A stretch of DNA of 64,000 nucleotides, from the NCBI GenBank assembly GCA_051294375.1, contig CM119267.1, positions 16,093,454 through 16,157,453 on the forward strand, in the 5' to 3' direction. Below, in pieces: positions 13,266-27,384 of this stretch (position 1 is the first letter of the stretch; each line of letters begins with the position of its first letter). Below the pieces are notes generated by a model, which was not told the DNA's origin, ran no database searches, and saw nothing but the letters and a program-made list of their open reading frames with translations. The DNA comes from Paraspadella gotoi (Eukaryota; Animalia; Chaetognatha). A program made the position numbers and the translations under genes.

Positions 13266-15544
13266 GACTTTTAAAGGTCGTAATCCTCGTCTTTTCTTGT
13301 CCGTTGTTCTGGTGGGGTCCGCTCGTGCGGATCGACAAAATTTAGATCATTCGACATATGATTTTTTTAAGGGGGTAAAGCTTGATAGGATATCATTCTG
13401 AAAGTGCCCATTCTATTCCTAATCCTCTGGAACTTGAATTTTAATCTTAAACAAAAATACTGATCCAAATCCCTAAACTAATCCACCTATCTCTATTCCT
13501 AAGCCGCTGACTACATTTTTGAAACAAAAACAAATTTAATTCTGAATTTTACAAAAAAGAAAAAAAAAAAAAAAAAACGAAAAAAAAAAAGGAAAAAGGC
13601 GGTAAAGTTGTAAAGTTTTTCCGCGATTTGATTTAAGTTTACTGTGGGTCGGTTACAGCGCGCTTCGAATCTCGGTGTAGGCTTGAATGCGGGTTCGGCT
13701 GGTTTGCGTTGGTAGGAGTGTTCCGGCCTTTTAAAATAACGTCTATTTGCTCAGTCCTGCCGCTCTTTGTGTCGCTGGTGGCGCTATCGTTGATTTCCAT
13801 CACTTGGTGGATAACCTTTTGCGGTTTCCTTGCTATGGAAAAAAGTTTCTTTGTCTTGGCTCGTCCTCTCTCGGTCCTCTTCATCTCTCTCCTCTCCTCT
13901 CTCTTCTCTCCTCTCCTCTCGCTCCTCTCCATCATCTTCTCTGACTGGCTCTTCTTTCTAAAGAACCCATTGAGATGTTTTACCCATTTGAAAGTTACGT
14001 CTTCTCGTCAAAAAAACAAACAGCGAGACACAAACCAAGAACAACAACAACAACAGGAAATAATGACTCCTACTTCGCCCTTTGCCAAATTATGCAAGCA
14101 AAATATTAACTTTATCCCCCCCGTCCACCGTCTCTTACTGCCTCTCCCGAATTTCTCACTTCGTCTATCTTCTGTGATTTTTCCCTCCCCGCCATCGTCT
14201 CTCTCTCTCTTCGGTCTCTATCTCTCTGCTCGTGCTCTCTCTCCTCTACTCTCTCCCATCCGATTCGCGGTGTCCTCTCACATTCTCTCTCTCTCGTAGT
14301 CCCTTTTGTTTTTCTTTCCCAGTATCGCCGCTTTGGCCGAGAGAGGGACAAAAGATTCGATTTGATCGACTTTTGCTTCGAGGGAAACGCGATTCGAATC
14401 TTCGGAGGCGAATATCGACGGCTGGGCCCGAAGATGGTGGAGGGTGGAATGGTGGTGAAGGGGGAGAGGATGGTGGTTCAGAGGGATGGGAGGTGGATCA
14501 GAGTGGGAAGGTGGAAAAGTGGGATGATAGTAAAAAGGAGGGAATGGCATAAAAAGAGGGGGGGAAAACGGGTATTAAGATTAATTGGGTAATGAAAGGT
14601 TTTCTTATTACGATCTGTAAGAGAAGATTTTGTAACGTGATACAGCAAAATGCAGCTTATGCAATTATATTCTAAAACACTTCGCCGCTGCTCTACCACT
14701 AGGGTGGTTGACCTTAGAAAAAAAAAGAAAAGGGAATGGAACGGAAGATGCCAGATGTTTATAATTCGATGAAGGTCTATTATCGGCGTCGAAACAAGTT
14801 GTCTGTCCGTTTTTTGTTCTTTTAAATCTATTTAAACAATTTAGACAAATCCAAGATTATCCAGAAGAATAGAGAAATATAGTCTTCCGTAAGAAGTAAT
14901 TAGGGTAGATATATGTAGATATCGTTAGAGATGACCAAGTTCAATGAGTCAATGCGAAGACAAAACATCGAAAAATCAAATTTAGATAAGCAAGAGATTG
15001 CCAGGGATCGGGCAATACAGTGGCGGCCGTGTCACGTGGTATAGGCCNNNNNNNNNNNNNNNNNNNNNNNNNTTTGTTCTTTAAACTATTTAACAATTTA
15101 ACAAACCAAATTACAAGAAGTTAAATAATCCGTAATGAAGTATTAGGTAGATATATTAATTCTTAAGATGAGAACGTTCCAATACAATGCTGAAACAAAA
15201 ACATCAAAAATCATATTTATAAAAGCAAGATTGCCAGGCNNNNNNNNNNNNNNNNNNNNNNNNNNNNNNNNNNNNNNNNNNNNNNNNNNNNNNNNNNNNN
15301 NNNNNNNNNNNNNNNNNNNNNNNNNNNNNNNNNNNNNNNNNNNNNNNNNNNNNNNNNNNNNNNNNNNNNNNNNNNNNNNNNNNNNNNNNNNNNNNNNNNN
15401 NNNNNNNNNNNNNNNNNNNNNNNNNNNNNNNNNNNNNNNNNNNNNNNNNNNNNNNNNNNNNNNNNNNNNNNNNNNNNNNNNNNNNNNNNNNNNNNNNNNN
15501 NNNNNNNNNNNNNNNNNNNNNNNNNNNNNNNNNNNNNNNNNNNN

Positions 15545-15620
15545 TCGGTATATCTGTCCGTCGGTCTGTCCCACTTATGTTAAATAGTTACTCATTTGTT
15601 AAGACCGAAAAAAACATCAA
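15545..15620 (+). mobile_element. Fragment of the Helentron/DINE-1-like family also seen at 52.4-52.9 kb
   Basis: GTCY-type microsatellite (tctgtccgtcggtctgtc) plus 15-bp identity (gtctgtcccacttat) with the reverse complement of 52835-52849. The 5' part is lost in an N gap. Confidence 0.5.
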
Positions 15621-16186
15621 ATCTAAGGGACTGCTAGTTACCGCAAATGTTTCTCATCCGGGAGTATTTCCAAAACTTTACTAAAAGGAATAAAAGACCG
15701 GAATTTTTGAGCGCAGTGCAGGTCATAAATACACCGGCAAAGAAAGTTTTTTAGTCATGTTCATGTCAATATCACGTGAATATAAAGTTCACTGCGGCGC
15801 AAACACATTGGAAGTACCGTTTCTTGTTTTTCCTCTTTTCGAAATTTTCAGACCGGGGTCGAGCCGTTCCGGAACAGCCCGAGGTCGAAGGCCGGGGCGG
15901 AGAAGGGGGCAAGGTGGAAGGCGTGGAGAAAAAAAAAAGTTTTAAATCGGCGTCTTTTACGAAAATTGAGGCCGAAGAGAAAACTAATTCTCTCCGCCGA
16001 GAAAATATTTTCAAGGTCGAAGGGAATCAAATATTAAATGAAAAAAGTTTATCGAAAGAAAAAAATTTTTTTTTTGAGGCGGAGAAAAAAAAGATTACGA
16101 AGAGACGAAGAGAGAGACGTGAGAGAGAGAGAGAGAAGTGAGAGAGAGAGAGAGAGAGAGAGAGAGCAGAGAGAGAGGAGAGAGAG

Positions 16187-16239
<53 letters not shown>

Positions 16240-16600
16240 AGAGAGTGGGGTATAAAAAAAAAATTCGGACGGATCGTCGAAAAAGTTGTGGATGCTTTCG
16301 CGGGAGGAAGAGCAGAGGGCAAAGGAAATGAAGTCTGGTCCAAAATCAACATAAAATGTTGTCTAAGAGTTTTGTTTGCTAAAGAGATAAACCGCAAAAA
16401 GGAACGAGAATGGTGGGGTTTTGTGTGGGGGGGAGAGAGGGAGGAAGTGAGAGGGATGGGGGTGAGCGCATTGGCTTGGGGGGGGGAGAGAAATGAGACG
16501 AGAAGAGACAGATGGGGACAACACACGAAACTTGAGGAAGGCAGAGACAACGAATGAGTAGCGGGTTTTTACGATAGAGCGAGGACTGAGAAAGAGAGAA

Positions 16601-16633
<33 letters not shown>

Positions 16634-16792
16634 AGTAGGAGAGAGAGAGAGATGACAGAGAGAGAGAGGAGAGAGAGAGATCTGAGGAGAGAGAGAGAGA
16701 AGAGGAGAGAAAAGCTCTAAAAAAAAAAAAAAACCAAGCTCGGAATTGATGCGTCAAGAACTCGAGAGTGACAAAAAAAAAAGGGCAAGGGC

Positions 16793-16870
16793 CAAATCGG
16801 GAAGGGAATGTCAAACGTTTCTCCGAAGGATAACGATCGAGAGGACATTTGATATTCCCCGCTGACATTG
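16793..16870 (+). ncRNA. Pre-miRNA-like hairpin (unassigned family; strand uncertain)
   Basis: gggaatgtcaaacgtttctc (16804-16823) pairs with gagaggacatttgatattccc (16839-16859) using G:U pairs, one mismatch and small bulges. The loop is ~10 nt and an imperfect basal stem (caaatcgg/ctgacattg) follows. It lies in unique sequence. Confidence 0.35.
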
Positions 16871-17729
16871 AGTCGGTCGAGAGAGACCGGGGGGGGGGAA
16901 GGGATTCGTAGATTCCGATTGAGACGCGTTGGAAATTTTGTGACGAGAATAAGATTCAGTTTTGAAACTGTGAATATAATATAATATGCCGGTCGGAGAT
17001 TGGAGAATGAATTTAAAGAAGGGAAAAACAGATTATGGGGGGTTTAGTTTTTCATCACGAATCCCGAGCTGAGTTCGATAAATATGTGGAATCGTGGATA
17101 AGGCGCTAAATGAGTGAGTGGAGCAGCAATGGAACGGGTCACGACTAGAGGAACAAAGTCTATCCGCTGGGTGAATCTGGGCAATTCCCGCTACATATAC
17201 ATCGACGATTCCGCAATGGGGCTTGAGCTGAGGATTCATTGCAACAATGACCTGGAAAAGAACTCAATTGCAAGTGGAAGATGGTAAGAGGCCATGTTGG
17301 CGTTTGTTCGGACGGTTATTGTCAGACGGCAACACGGAAAGATGGTTATGGAAAGAGGAAAGGGGGGCGGGAATTAATTTTTTAAAAACCTCGCAGAGAA
17401 GATTATGAGACATTTATTAAATTTATATTGGCAAGGTGGGTCGTATACAACTTTAGATTCAGAATAGATTGAGAATTGATAATCCATTAAACTCAATCCA
17501 TAACGAAATAAAATGTTCTCGGGTTTTACGATCAACTAATCAGGAAAATGAATAAAAACGAAAAAAAAACCCCGAAGAGCATCAGTCTTTGAAGGCGTGG
17601 AGACTGTAAACGATTCGCCTCCTGGGAGCCAAGCAGTATTATTCACAATTAATTTTAGCACAGCTTTACAGTCCCATAAAAAGTGACTTTTTAGGGCCGC
17701 TTCGAGCGGGCCTCAAGTCTCTAACTTCG

Positions 17730-17796
<67 letters not shown>

Positions 17797-18375
17797 ATAT
17801 CACTCTGCCAGCTACCGGAAACTATAAGAGGGAGTGTTACTCTTATTTTTCAGGATTTTTTCCGAAAAAAAAAGAAAAAAAAAAGAAAAATTTTGAAGTC
17901 TACGATTCGAAACACAGATCGACTCAGATTTTCCGTTGGGGTGGCTGGGGGAGGGAATGGGTTGGGGAGTAAAGATGTGGGCGCAATGTTTTGCCCCTAA
18001 ATTCAGCTGTAAAGTTTTGAGCTAAAATTTTGGAATATGTACCGGATCAAGTTTTAGGACTCTATTATTATTATTATTATTAGAGGTAGAGAGTGCGCGT
18101 AGTGTACACTGTACAAGTGTACATGCAGAATAGGCGAAATTCACGGACAGAGTACGCGTGCGAGATTTGCGCGCGAGATTCGCGTGCGAGATTCGGGGGG
18201 AGAAAAAATTCTGAGGGAGAGATTCGGAAGCTCGATTAGACGCCGTGGAATTCCGTTTTCTGGTTTCGAAACTCCGTTCATATGTTTTTAATCTGGAAAG
18301 GGAAAAGAGAGAGAGAGAGAGAGAGAGAGAGATGAGAGGAGACGATGAGAGATGAGAGAGAGAGACGAGAGAAGA

Positions 18376-18413
<38 letters not shown>

Positions 18414-20030
18414 GAACAAGAGTTCGCCTTGTATATTATTCTTCCTCTTCGGCGGGTGGGAGTAAACAGTTGCATTTTTACGTTTGTTTATTCCGTTTTT
18501 AAATCGTCTCGAGGCTAATTTTTTTTATTGCTAACAAATTGTTTTAAACAATATCCATAAATTGTAATATTTTTTTTTTGTCTGCGAACTCCTCGAAAAG
18601 ACGAATTAAACAAGAATAAATTTCTTCTTAAAAAACAAAAACAAAAAAAGACGACGACGACGACGACGACGACGACAAAAAAGGGGATATTTTTCATTCT
18701 CGACGCGTTGGCTGAGCGTCGCTGTTTTTCCTCTTTCATTCAAGTTTGATGGAGAGAGGGGGGGTAGGAGGGCGGGTGGATACGTTTCCCCCGTAAATTA
18801 TGCGCGGTTATTACTTATAAAACGTTAGATGGCCCGTGAGAACGATGCTCACTTTTTTTTTCTCGTGTCGTCCCTCCAAATCTATCATTCATTCTGGCTC
18901 CTTAAAGTTAAAACAGTGGAACGAACAAAAATATGAAAGATGTTGCATCGTATTTGACCAGATGACCATAAATCTCTCGTCTTGACCGTTCGGTCAGTAT
19001 TCAGCTTCTTTTCAAAGTAGAGAGAAATGAGAAAGTTGCGTAAATGGAGAAGGAAAACAATTTGCAAGCGAATAAATTGAGACGAGATCATTATTTTGAA
19101 CCTTGCCTAGCTTTAATAATTAATTAGTTATACGTAGATTAAGTAATCCATTTTAACGCTTTTTCAGAATTATCTTAATTCGAGGCTGATTTTCCTCGCA
19201 GATCCGACCCTCCGACCCATTATCGGCGATATTCCTCGTCCTCTTCCTCGTCATTCTCATCTCATGAGCCGAATCTAACCCATGGAGGAAATCCCCCGAC
19301 GCCAACCAAGTTAATTAACAACAAAGAAGAATATCATTCCGCAATAAATCCACCTTGACCACCGGAAATGGGGAGGACCTATTGTCGAAGGATGCAGGAC
19401 CATAGACCATCGCGTAGAACTTATAGCGAGGGGACCAAATAATAAAATACACGTAAACTTAATTCTGGGTCTTGATAATAATTTTAAAAGTCGAATGCTC
19501 GTTTTTTTTTTCGCTTCTTTTCGATGCGACTTTATTTTTCGCGCGACGACGTCACGCGGTAAATAGAAACTTGGAGCCTGTCTCTCGGTGAAGTTAAGGT
19601 GAGGATGAAATTGCTCTGTGCGGGGAAAAAAGGAAAGGCAAAAAAGCGAAGGAAAGGAGAATATAAAAGTAAACAAAAAACAAACAAAAAAACAAAAACA
19701 CACAAAAAAAACAAGCTGTTAGAAGAATAAAATAAAAAGAAAAAGAAACAGCGAGAGAGCGAGTGCGGATGTGTAAAACAAAGATTTAATAAAAAATATC
19801 GAGTGCGACGAAAAAATAAATAAAAAAAATGTCGTATCGAGTCAGGAGAGAAGAAAATGAGGAGAAGAGAAAAGGAAAAAGTGAAAATAAGTGAAAACGG
19901 TAAGAGTGGAAAAAGTGACGATAAAAAATTCTGAACTAAAATGTTTTGAAAAGTGGCTGGAGTAAAAAGTATTGGAGGTGAAAACCAATGCGTAGAAAAT
20001 TGATAAGAAGTGGGGGCGAAGGAGAGAAGC

Positions 20031-20061
<31 letters not shown>

Positions 20062-20384
20062 AGAGAGAAGGAGGAGACGAGAGAAGAGAGAAAAGATAAG
20101 TGAACAAGGATGTTGAACATTAATTAATTAAGATTACTAAACAACGTAAATTAGCATAAAATTAACCAACTTACCTCGAATTACGGATTAAAGTGAGAAG
20201 CAGAATCGTAAAGAAAACGAAATATTGACATTTTGAAACTTTCGAGTTTTAATTACGTCGAAGAAAACAATATATATATATATATATATCGTTGTTTATA
20301 GTTTGCTTGTTTTTTTCGCGGTTTTTGTTTTCTAAACAAAATAAAGGACTTTTTTTTTTGGTCCGTGAGTTTTTCATTAAGTCA

Positions 20385-20469
20385 ACGCGAAAAGGCAATA
20401 TTGAGGAGAGGAAAGAGGGAGACAGAGAGACCGAATGGATTTGATGTGATTACAAAAAGTGGACGAGTC

Positions 20470-20548
<79 letters not shown>

Positions 20549-22516
20549 GGTGAAAGAAAGTGATGAAAGTGAGAGAAGAAATGAGAGATGTTAAAGAAGA
20601 GAGACAAGCGAAAGTAGATAGATAGACAGAAAAAAAGTTATATAGGAAGAAAAGACGTAAAGAAATAGAAAATCTAGAGAGACAAAGACATTTTTACTCC
20701 AGGCGAGAACTAGAAAAGAAAGAGAGAACCAGCGAGGGAGAGAGATAGAGATAGCGAGAGCGAGAGGGAGTAAACCAGGTCAAAGACGAGGAAGGCTCCG
20801 CTTGTAAGGCGTCCAACGTTTACAGACTCATAAGTAGAGAAAGGCACAATCCTATGGAGAGAAGTGGGAGGAGGAGGAGGAGGAGGAAGAGGAGGAGGAA
20901 GAATGGAGGAAAAAATGGAGGAAGAGGAAGAGGAAGAGTAAAACGGAGGAGAGATAAAAATTGAAGGCAAAGCGAAGGAGGAAGGCGGCGTCGGCGACGG
21001 CGGCTGCGGCGGCGGCAAAAATGAAGTCTGTATAAGCGAGAGTCTGCTTTCGTTAAGAAAAGCGAAAGTGTAATTTAAAATGAAAGATGCTTCGCGAGGA
21101 AAAAAAAGAGAGAGATAGAGTGAGAGAGAATTATGATGTAATGTTTCAGCAGCATCACGCTGACTTGAGCCCACACCGAATCTTCATTTTTTTCCCCAGA
21201 GATTTGCCGAATAAAAAGGGAAAGATTGTTTTTATAGACTTTTTTTATTTGTTTGGATTTAATACTGCTTTTTATTTTACAAATTCAACACTTTGAACAT
21301 AAACAACAATATTATTTCGATCTTTCTTTTAGGACGATTGAAGTTATTTAAAACATAATTTTTAAAAAAAGGTTAAAATAGCGATGCTCCGTTTGAAAGC
21401 GCGAGGCTCTAAAAAAACTGTATTTCTAATGTACATTCGTTATCATATACTTGAAAGGCTTTTTAGCTCGAAAAGGGCGACTTCAAAGGTACATTTTTAG
21501 GTCGGTTAATCCGTTGATCAGTCTGATTTTTGTATTATAAAGAAAAGAATATCTTCTAAAATTTTCGTATTAAAATATTTTAAGTTAAGAATCTGAGTTA
21601 ATTCAAAAAATGAAAAAAATTAAGTCTTAGTATATTTAGAAAAACAGTTTAAATTAAACGACTCTAAATTCGTTTTAATAATGATATAAACCAACTTCTG
21701 ACAACAGAATCATTATTAAATAAAGATTAATTTATATTAAAGAATTATCATAAAGTTACGAATTCTAGCCATACCCGTCCTGATAGACAGCTTCATTCTT
21801 CAATCTTTCTTCTCTCCAAGGCGCCATCCTCGTTTTACCGCCAAATTCCTTCCTCGCCTCAGCCGATTCGCTCTAACTCACCTCGTTCCACTCTTTTTTC
21901 CTTCCCGATCGGCTCAGCTGATTCGGCGCCCGGGATTCTCATTTACATTCTCGGGCATTCCCGCCAGATCGCGAGTCGACGAAGGCTGTTGTTATTGTTT
22001 GTTTTGATAATATTTTTTTTTGTTAAAAAGAAAAATTACCCTTTTTTCTTTTAGACGCTTTTCAATTCATTGCATTGTATTTCAAATTAATTAATCATTT
22101 TAGGCCCCAGGTAAGCTTGAAATCTTAGCTTTAATTTAGCCTTCTTAAAAGATTAAAACTCGAGTTATTTTTGGTTTTATTGTTAGTATAATTTTTTTAA
22201 ATTATACGCCGACTCATACAATAATTAACAATGATAGAAAGCTGTAATATTACTACGAAAGAATACATCTAGCAACCAACACAGCTTTCGAAGACGTGGT
22301 TACGTAACCATTTGTCAAAAGAAATAACGTCATAACGTCATAATGAAATTGGAGATATCTGATTGGTTGCGCCCCAGGATTATTCCGTCCAATTAAATTC
22401 CGAGTCTTATAAGCAAAAGAATTTTGAGAAAGGGTATATTTTGAAATTTTTTTTCTTAAACAAACTTTTTCTTTTTCTGTGGGAAGAGAGTGACAAAAAG
22501 AGAGAGAGCGAGGGAT

Positions 22517-22561
<45 letters not shown>

Positions 22562-23021
22562 GAAAGAATTAAATCGGTTTTGAATTTCAATCTCAAATCA
22601 GGCGTGAGCATTTCTTTTCTCAAACAGTTTCCACCCCCTTTTACGCTGGAGAATTTCTTTCAAGAAAAATGAATTAAATGAATTAAAAGAAATCCGTCGA
22701 CTATATTTAAAGTGTAATTGGCAGAGAAAGAAAGATGGAGAGAAAGANNNNNNNNNNGAGAGAGAGAGAGAGAGAGAGAGAGAAAATCATTGAAAAAAAA
22801 TTGAAGTAAAAACTGTAAATTAAAACGGATATATCCTCATAGATGCTATAATTGCTATATAGTATATAGTTAGCAATAAAAGACAGAAAAAGAATTAAAT
22901 TTTCACTAATTTTTTTCACATTTATTGAGTTGAAAACTCTAATCATGACTGTCACGAATTTGGCGTGAAAATGAAAATAACCGCGATGATGACTAAATGT
23001 AGAAGTACGCAAAGAAAATGG

Positions 23022-23097
<76 letters not shown>

Positions 23098-23316
23098 AGA
23101 AGAGGAGATGAGATGACAGAGTGTGAGACCGGAAAAAAAAAAATTGACCTTGCAATGAAATTTCCGAGTCGTCGAGCGTCCCAATTGGAAAATCCTGTCG
23201 AAATCCAAATCCGAAACCAAAAAATTATATCCGATTAAACCGAGACCCAAGACTCATTTAATTTCTTGCTTTTTCCGCGTGGTGGAGAGAGAAAGGAGAG
23301 AAAGATGGAGATGAGA

Positions 23317-23368
<52 letters not shown>

Positions 23369-26264
23369 AGAGAAGAGAGAGAAATCAGAAAGTCAGTTAG
23401 GGTTCGATCGCCCGATTTTTCAATTTCCATTCACTTCCTCCTCGACGAAAAAAACAAACAAAAAAACTCAAAGCCGAACCGTTAAGTGATACAGATTATT
23501 AACGAAAAAAAATAGAAAAAGACAGAAAATACATAATCGTTAGCAGAAGACAGAAAGTGGATAGAAAAGTTATATTACGCGCGATGACAGCGCCGCTGCC
23601 GCGTTCACCGAAAGAGAAGACTGGAGAGAAGAGGAAGAGTGATATAAGGGAAGAGGGACAGAGAGAACTACGTGTATGCGTATTAGTGCAGTTTACGCGT
23701 GTATGGTGGTTTCTTGAGCGGAGATATAGAAGTGCTATGATCTATTACAGCAGGAGATCTCCTATGTGGATATACTATTTACTTATTATATGAGCAGTGC
23801 TCTCCAGTCTCGCATCTTTCCTCATCTATCACTCCATACCGCGAAAAAGTGCATAGATCATTGAGGAGTAATCTCGAAAGAGTGCGAGTGACAGAAAGAA
23901 CGAATGGAAATTGATGGTGAATTACAAAAGCTCGGACCGAAGTCCAAAGAGAGAGAGAGAGAGAGAGAGTAGAGAAGAGAGAGAGTGAGAGAGAGAGAGA
24001 GAGGATCCGTCGTAGTGATCTCAAGTACAGTTCGAGAAGTGAGAGAGAGATGAAGATGTTAAATGACAAGATATAGTGCACGATCCATAGGCGTAGTATC
24101 TTCGACAGTATTGCAGAGCGCCTCTCAGATAGCGAGCCAAAGAGAGAAGATGTTAGTATGTGAGTAAAGAAAAGCACCCGCTACACAGCGTGTGTAAGAG
24201 AGAAACTCTGAGGAGAACGCAGAGACAACAGAACGAGTGTTTATGATGAGCACGAGAGAAGAGAGAGAGACGGAGAAGAGTAAGAAAAGGAAGGAGAAGC
24301 CAGAGACGGAGGAGAGAGATATAAGGAGAATGAGAAAGAGAGGCGAGAGGGAGTACGCAGGTCAAAGACGCAGGGAAGGCCTCCGCTTGCTAAGGCGTCG
24401 AAGCGTTTTACCAGACTCCATAAAGCTAGACGAAAGGCCAACAATCCTAGATGAGAGAAGTGGAGAGTGAGGAGGCGAGCAGGGAAGGAGGAAGAAGGAG
24501 GTGGAATGAATGGAGGAATAAAAATGGAGGAAGAGGAAAGAGTCAAAACGAGGAGAGATAAATAATGAAGGGCAAAGCGAAGGGAGGAAGCGCGCGTCGC
24601 GAGGCGGCTGCGGCGGCGGCGGCGGCCGCGGCAAAAATGAAGTCTCGTATAAGCGAGAGTCTGCTATTCGTTAAGAAAGCGAAAGGTGTAATAGTTAAAA
24701 GGAAAGATGTCTTCGGCGAGGCAAAAAAAAGAGAGAGATAGAGTAGAGAGAATTATGATGTAATTGTCAGCAGCATCAACGCTGACTTTGAGCCCCCACC
24801 GATCTTTCATTTTTTTTTCCCCAGAGACTTTGCCCAGAATAAAAAGGGAAAATATTTTTTCAATAGACTTTTTTTATTCTGTTGGATTTAATCTACCTGC
24901 TCTTTATTTTTAACAAATTCAACCACTTTGAACCATAAACAAACAAGATATTTCGAATCTTTCTTTAGGAGCGAATTGAAGTTATTTAGAACATAATTTT
25001 AAAAAAAAGGTTTAAAAATAGGCGATGCTCCGCTTTGCAAAGCGCGGGCTCTAAATAAAAACTGTATTTTTAATGTACATTCGTCTGATCATCATACTGG
25101 TAAACGACTTTTTAAGCTGAAAAGCGGCGACTTCAAGGTACATTTCTTAGGTCGGTTTATCCGTTGATCAGTCTGATTTTTTGTATTCATAACGAAAAGA
25201 AATAGAATATCTTACTACAAATTTTCGTATTAAAATATTTTAAGTTAAGAAATCTGATTAATTCACAAAAATGAAAACAAATTAAGTCTCTAGTAATTTC
25301 TAGAACAATCAGGTTTTAAATTAAACACTCTTAAATTTCGTTTTAATAATGATATAAACCAACTTCTGAACAACAGAATCATTATTCAAATAAGATTAAT
25401 TATATTTATAAAGTTATTAAGAATTATCATAAAGTTAACGCCAATCTGGTCCACTACCCGTCCTCGATAGACAGCTTCATTCTTCAATCTTTCTCTCTCT
25501 CAAGGCGGCCCATCCTCGTTTTAGCCACGCGCCGAAATTCCTTCCTCGCTTCTCAACCGATTCGCTCTAACGTCACCTCGTTGTCCAGCTCTTTTTTTCC
25601 TTCCCCGATCGCTCAGCCTGATTACGGCGCCCGGGATTCCTCTTTATGCATTCTCGAGGCATTGTACCGCCAGAAGATCGCGAGTCGACTGAAGGCTGTT
25701 GTTCATGTTTTGTTTTGATAATATTTTTTTTGTTAAAAAGAAAATTAACCTTTTTTCTTCTTTTAGACCGCTGTTGTCATTCATTGCATTGTAATTTCAA
25801 GAATTAATTAATCTTTGTAGGCACCAGGTAAAGCTTGAAATCTTAGCTTTAAATTTGGAGCCTTCTTAAAAGATTAAAACTGCGAGTTATTTTTTGGTTT
25901 TATTGTAGTATAATTTTTTTAAATTATACGACCCGACTCATACAATATAACAATGATAGATAAGCTGTTAATTACTTACATCAGCGAAAGAAATACATCT
26001 AGGCAACCAACAACAGCTTTCGAAAGAACGTGGTTACGTAACCATTGTCAAAAGAAATAAAGCGTCATAAGTCCATAATGAAAATTGGACGATATCTGAT
26101 TGGTCTGGCGCCCCAGGATATTCCGTCCAATTAAATTCCGCAGTCTTAATAAGCAAAATAATTTTGAGAAAGGGTATATTTTGAAGATTTTTTCTTAAAC
26201 AACTTTTTCTTTTTTCTAGTGGGAAGAGAGTGACAAACAGAGAGAGAGCGAGGGATAGAGAAAG

Positions 26265-26308
<44 letters not shown>

Positions 26309-26508
26309 GAAGAATTAACTCGGTTTTGAATTTCAATCCTCAAGATCAGGCGTGCAGCATTTCTTTTTCTCAAACAGTTTTCCCACCGCCCTTTTACGCG
26401 GGAATTCTCTTTCAAGAAAAATGAATAAATGATTAAAAGAAATCCGTCGACTACATATCTTAAAAGTGTAATTGGCAGCAGGACAGAAAGATGGAGAGAA
26501 AGAGAGAA

Positions 26509-26540
<32 letters not shown>

Positions 26541-26785
26541 AAATCGATTGAAAAAAAAATTGAAGTAAAAACTGTAAATTAAACGGATATATCCTCATAG
26601 ATGCTATATCCATTGCTATATAGTATATAGTTAGCAATAAAAGAACAGAAAAAATTAAAGTTTCACGTAATTTCTTTTCACATTTATTGAGTTGAGAGCT
26701 CTAATCCATGAACTGTCACGAATTTGGCGTGAAAATGAAAATAACCGCGATGATGACTAAATGTAGAAGTACGCAAAGAAAATGG

Positions 26786-26877
<92 letters not shown>

Positions 26878-27075
26878 TGAGAGTGAGAGAGTGGTGAGAC
26901 CGGAAAAAAAAAAATTGACCTTTCAATGAAATTTCGAGTCGTCGGCGTCCACATTGAAATCCTGTCGAAATCCCAAATCCGAAACCAAAAAATTATAATC
27001 CGGATTAAAACCCGAGACCCAAGACTCATTTAAATTTTATGCTTTGTTCTTGCGGTGTGAGAGAGAAAGAGAGAG

Positions 27076-27138
<63 letters not shown>

Positions 27139-27384
27139 AGAGAAGAGAGAGAAATCAGAAAGTCAGTTAGGGTTCGATCGCCCGATTTTTCAATTTCCAT
27201 TCACTTCCTCCTCGACGAAAAAAACAAACAAAAAAACTCAAAGCCGAACCGTTAAGTGATACAGATTATTAACGAAAAAAAATAGAAAAAGACAGAAAAA
27301 TACATAATCGTGTAGCAGAAAGACAGAAAGTGATAGAAAAGTTTATATTACTGCGCGATGACAGCGCCGCTGCCGCGTTCACCG
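20385..27384. repeat. ~3.5-3.7 kb tandem near-duplication (copy A ~20385-23610, copy B ~23840-27384), probably an assembly artifact
   Basis: The copies are collinear over kilobases; both reach ...cgccgctgccgcgttcaccg (23610, 27384). Differences are dominated by scattered 1-2 bp indels, and copy B ends just before a 25-N gap (27470-27494). Confidence 0.9.

Noticed and set aside
17129-17287. 52-aa ORF ending at a GGTAAG donor-like site
   Set aside because: No recognisable homology, acceptor site or partner exon.
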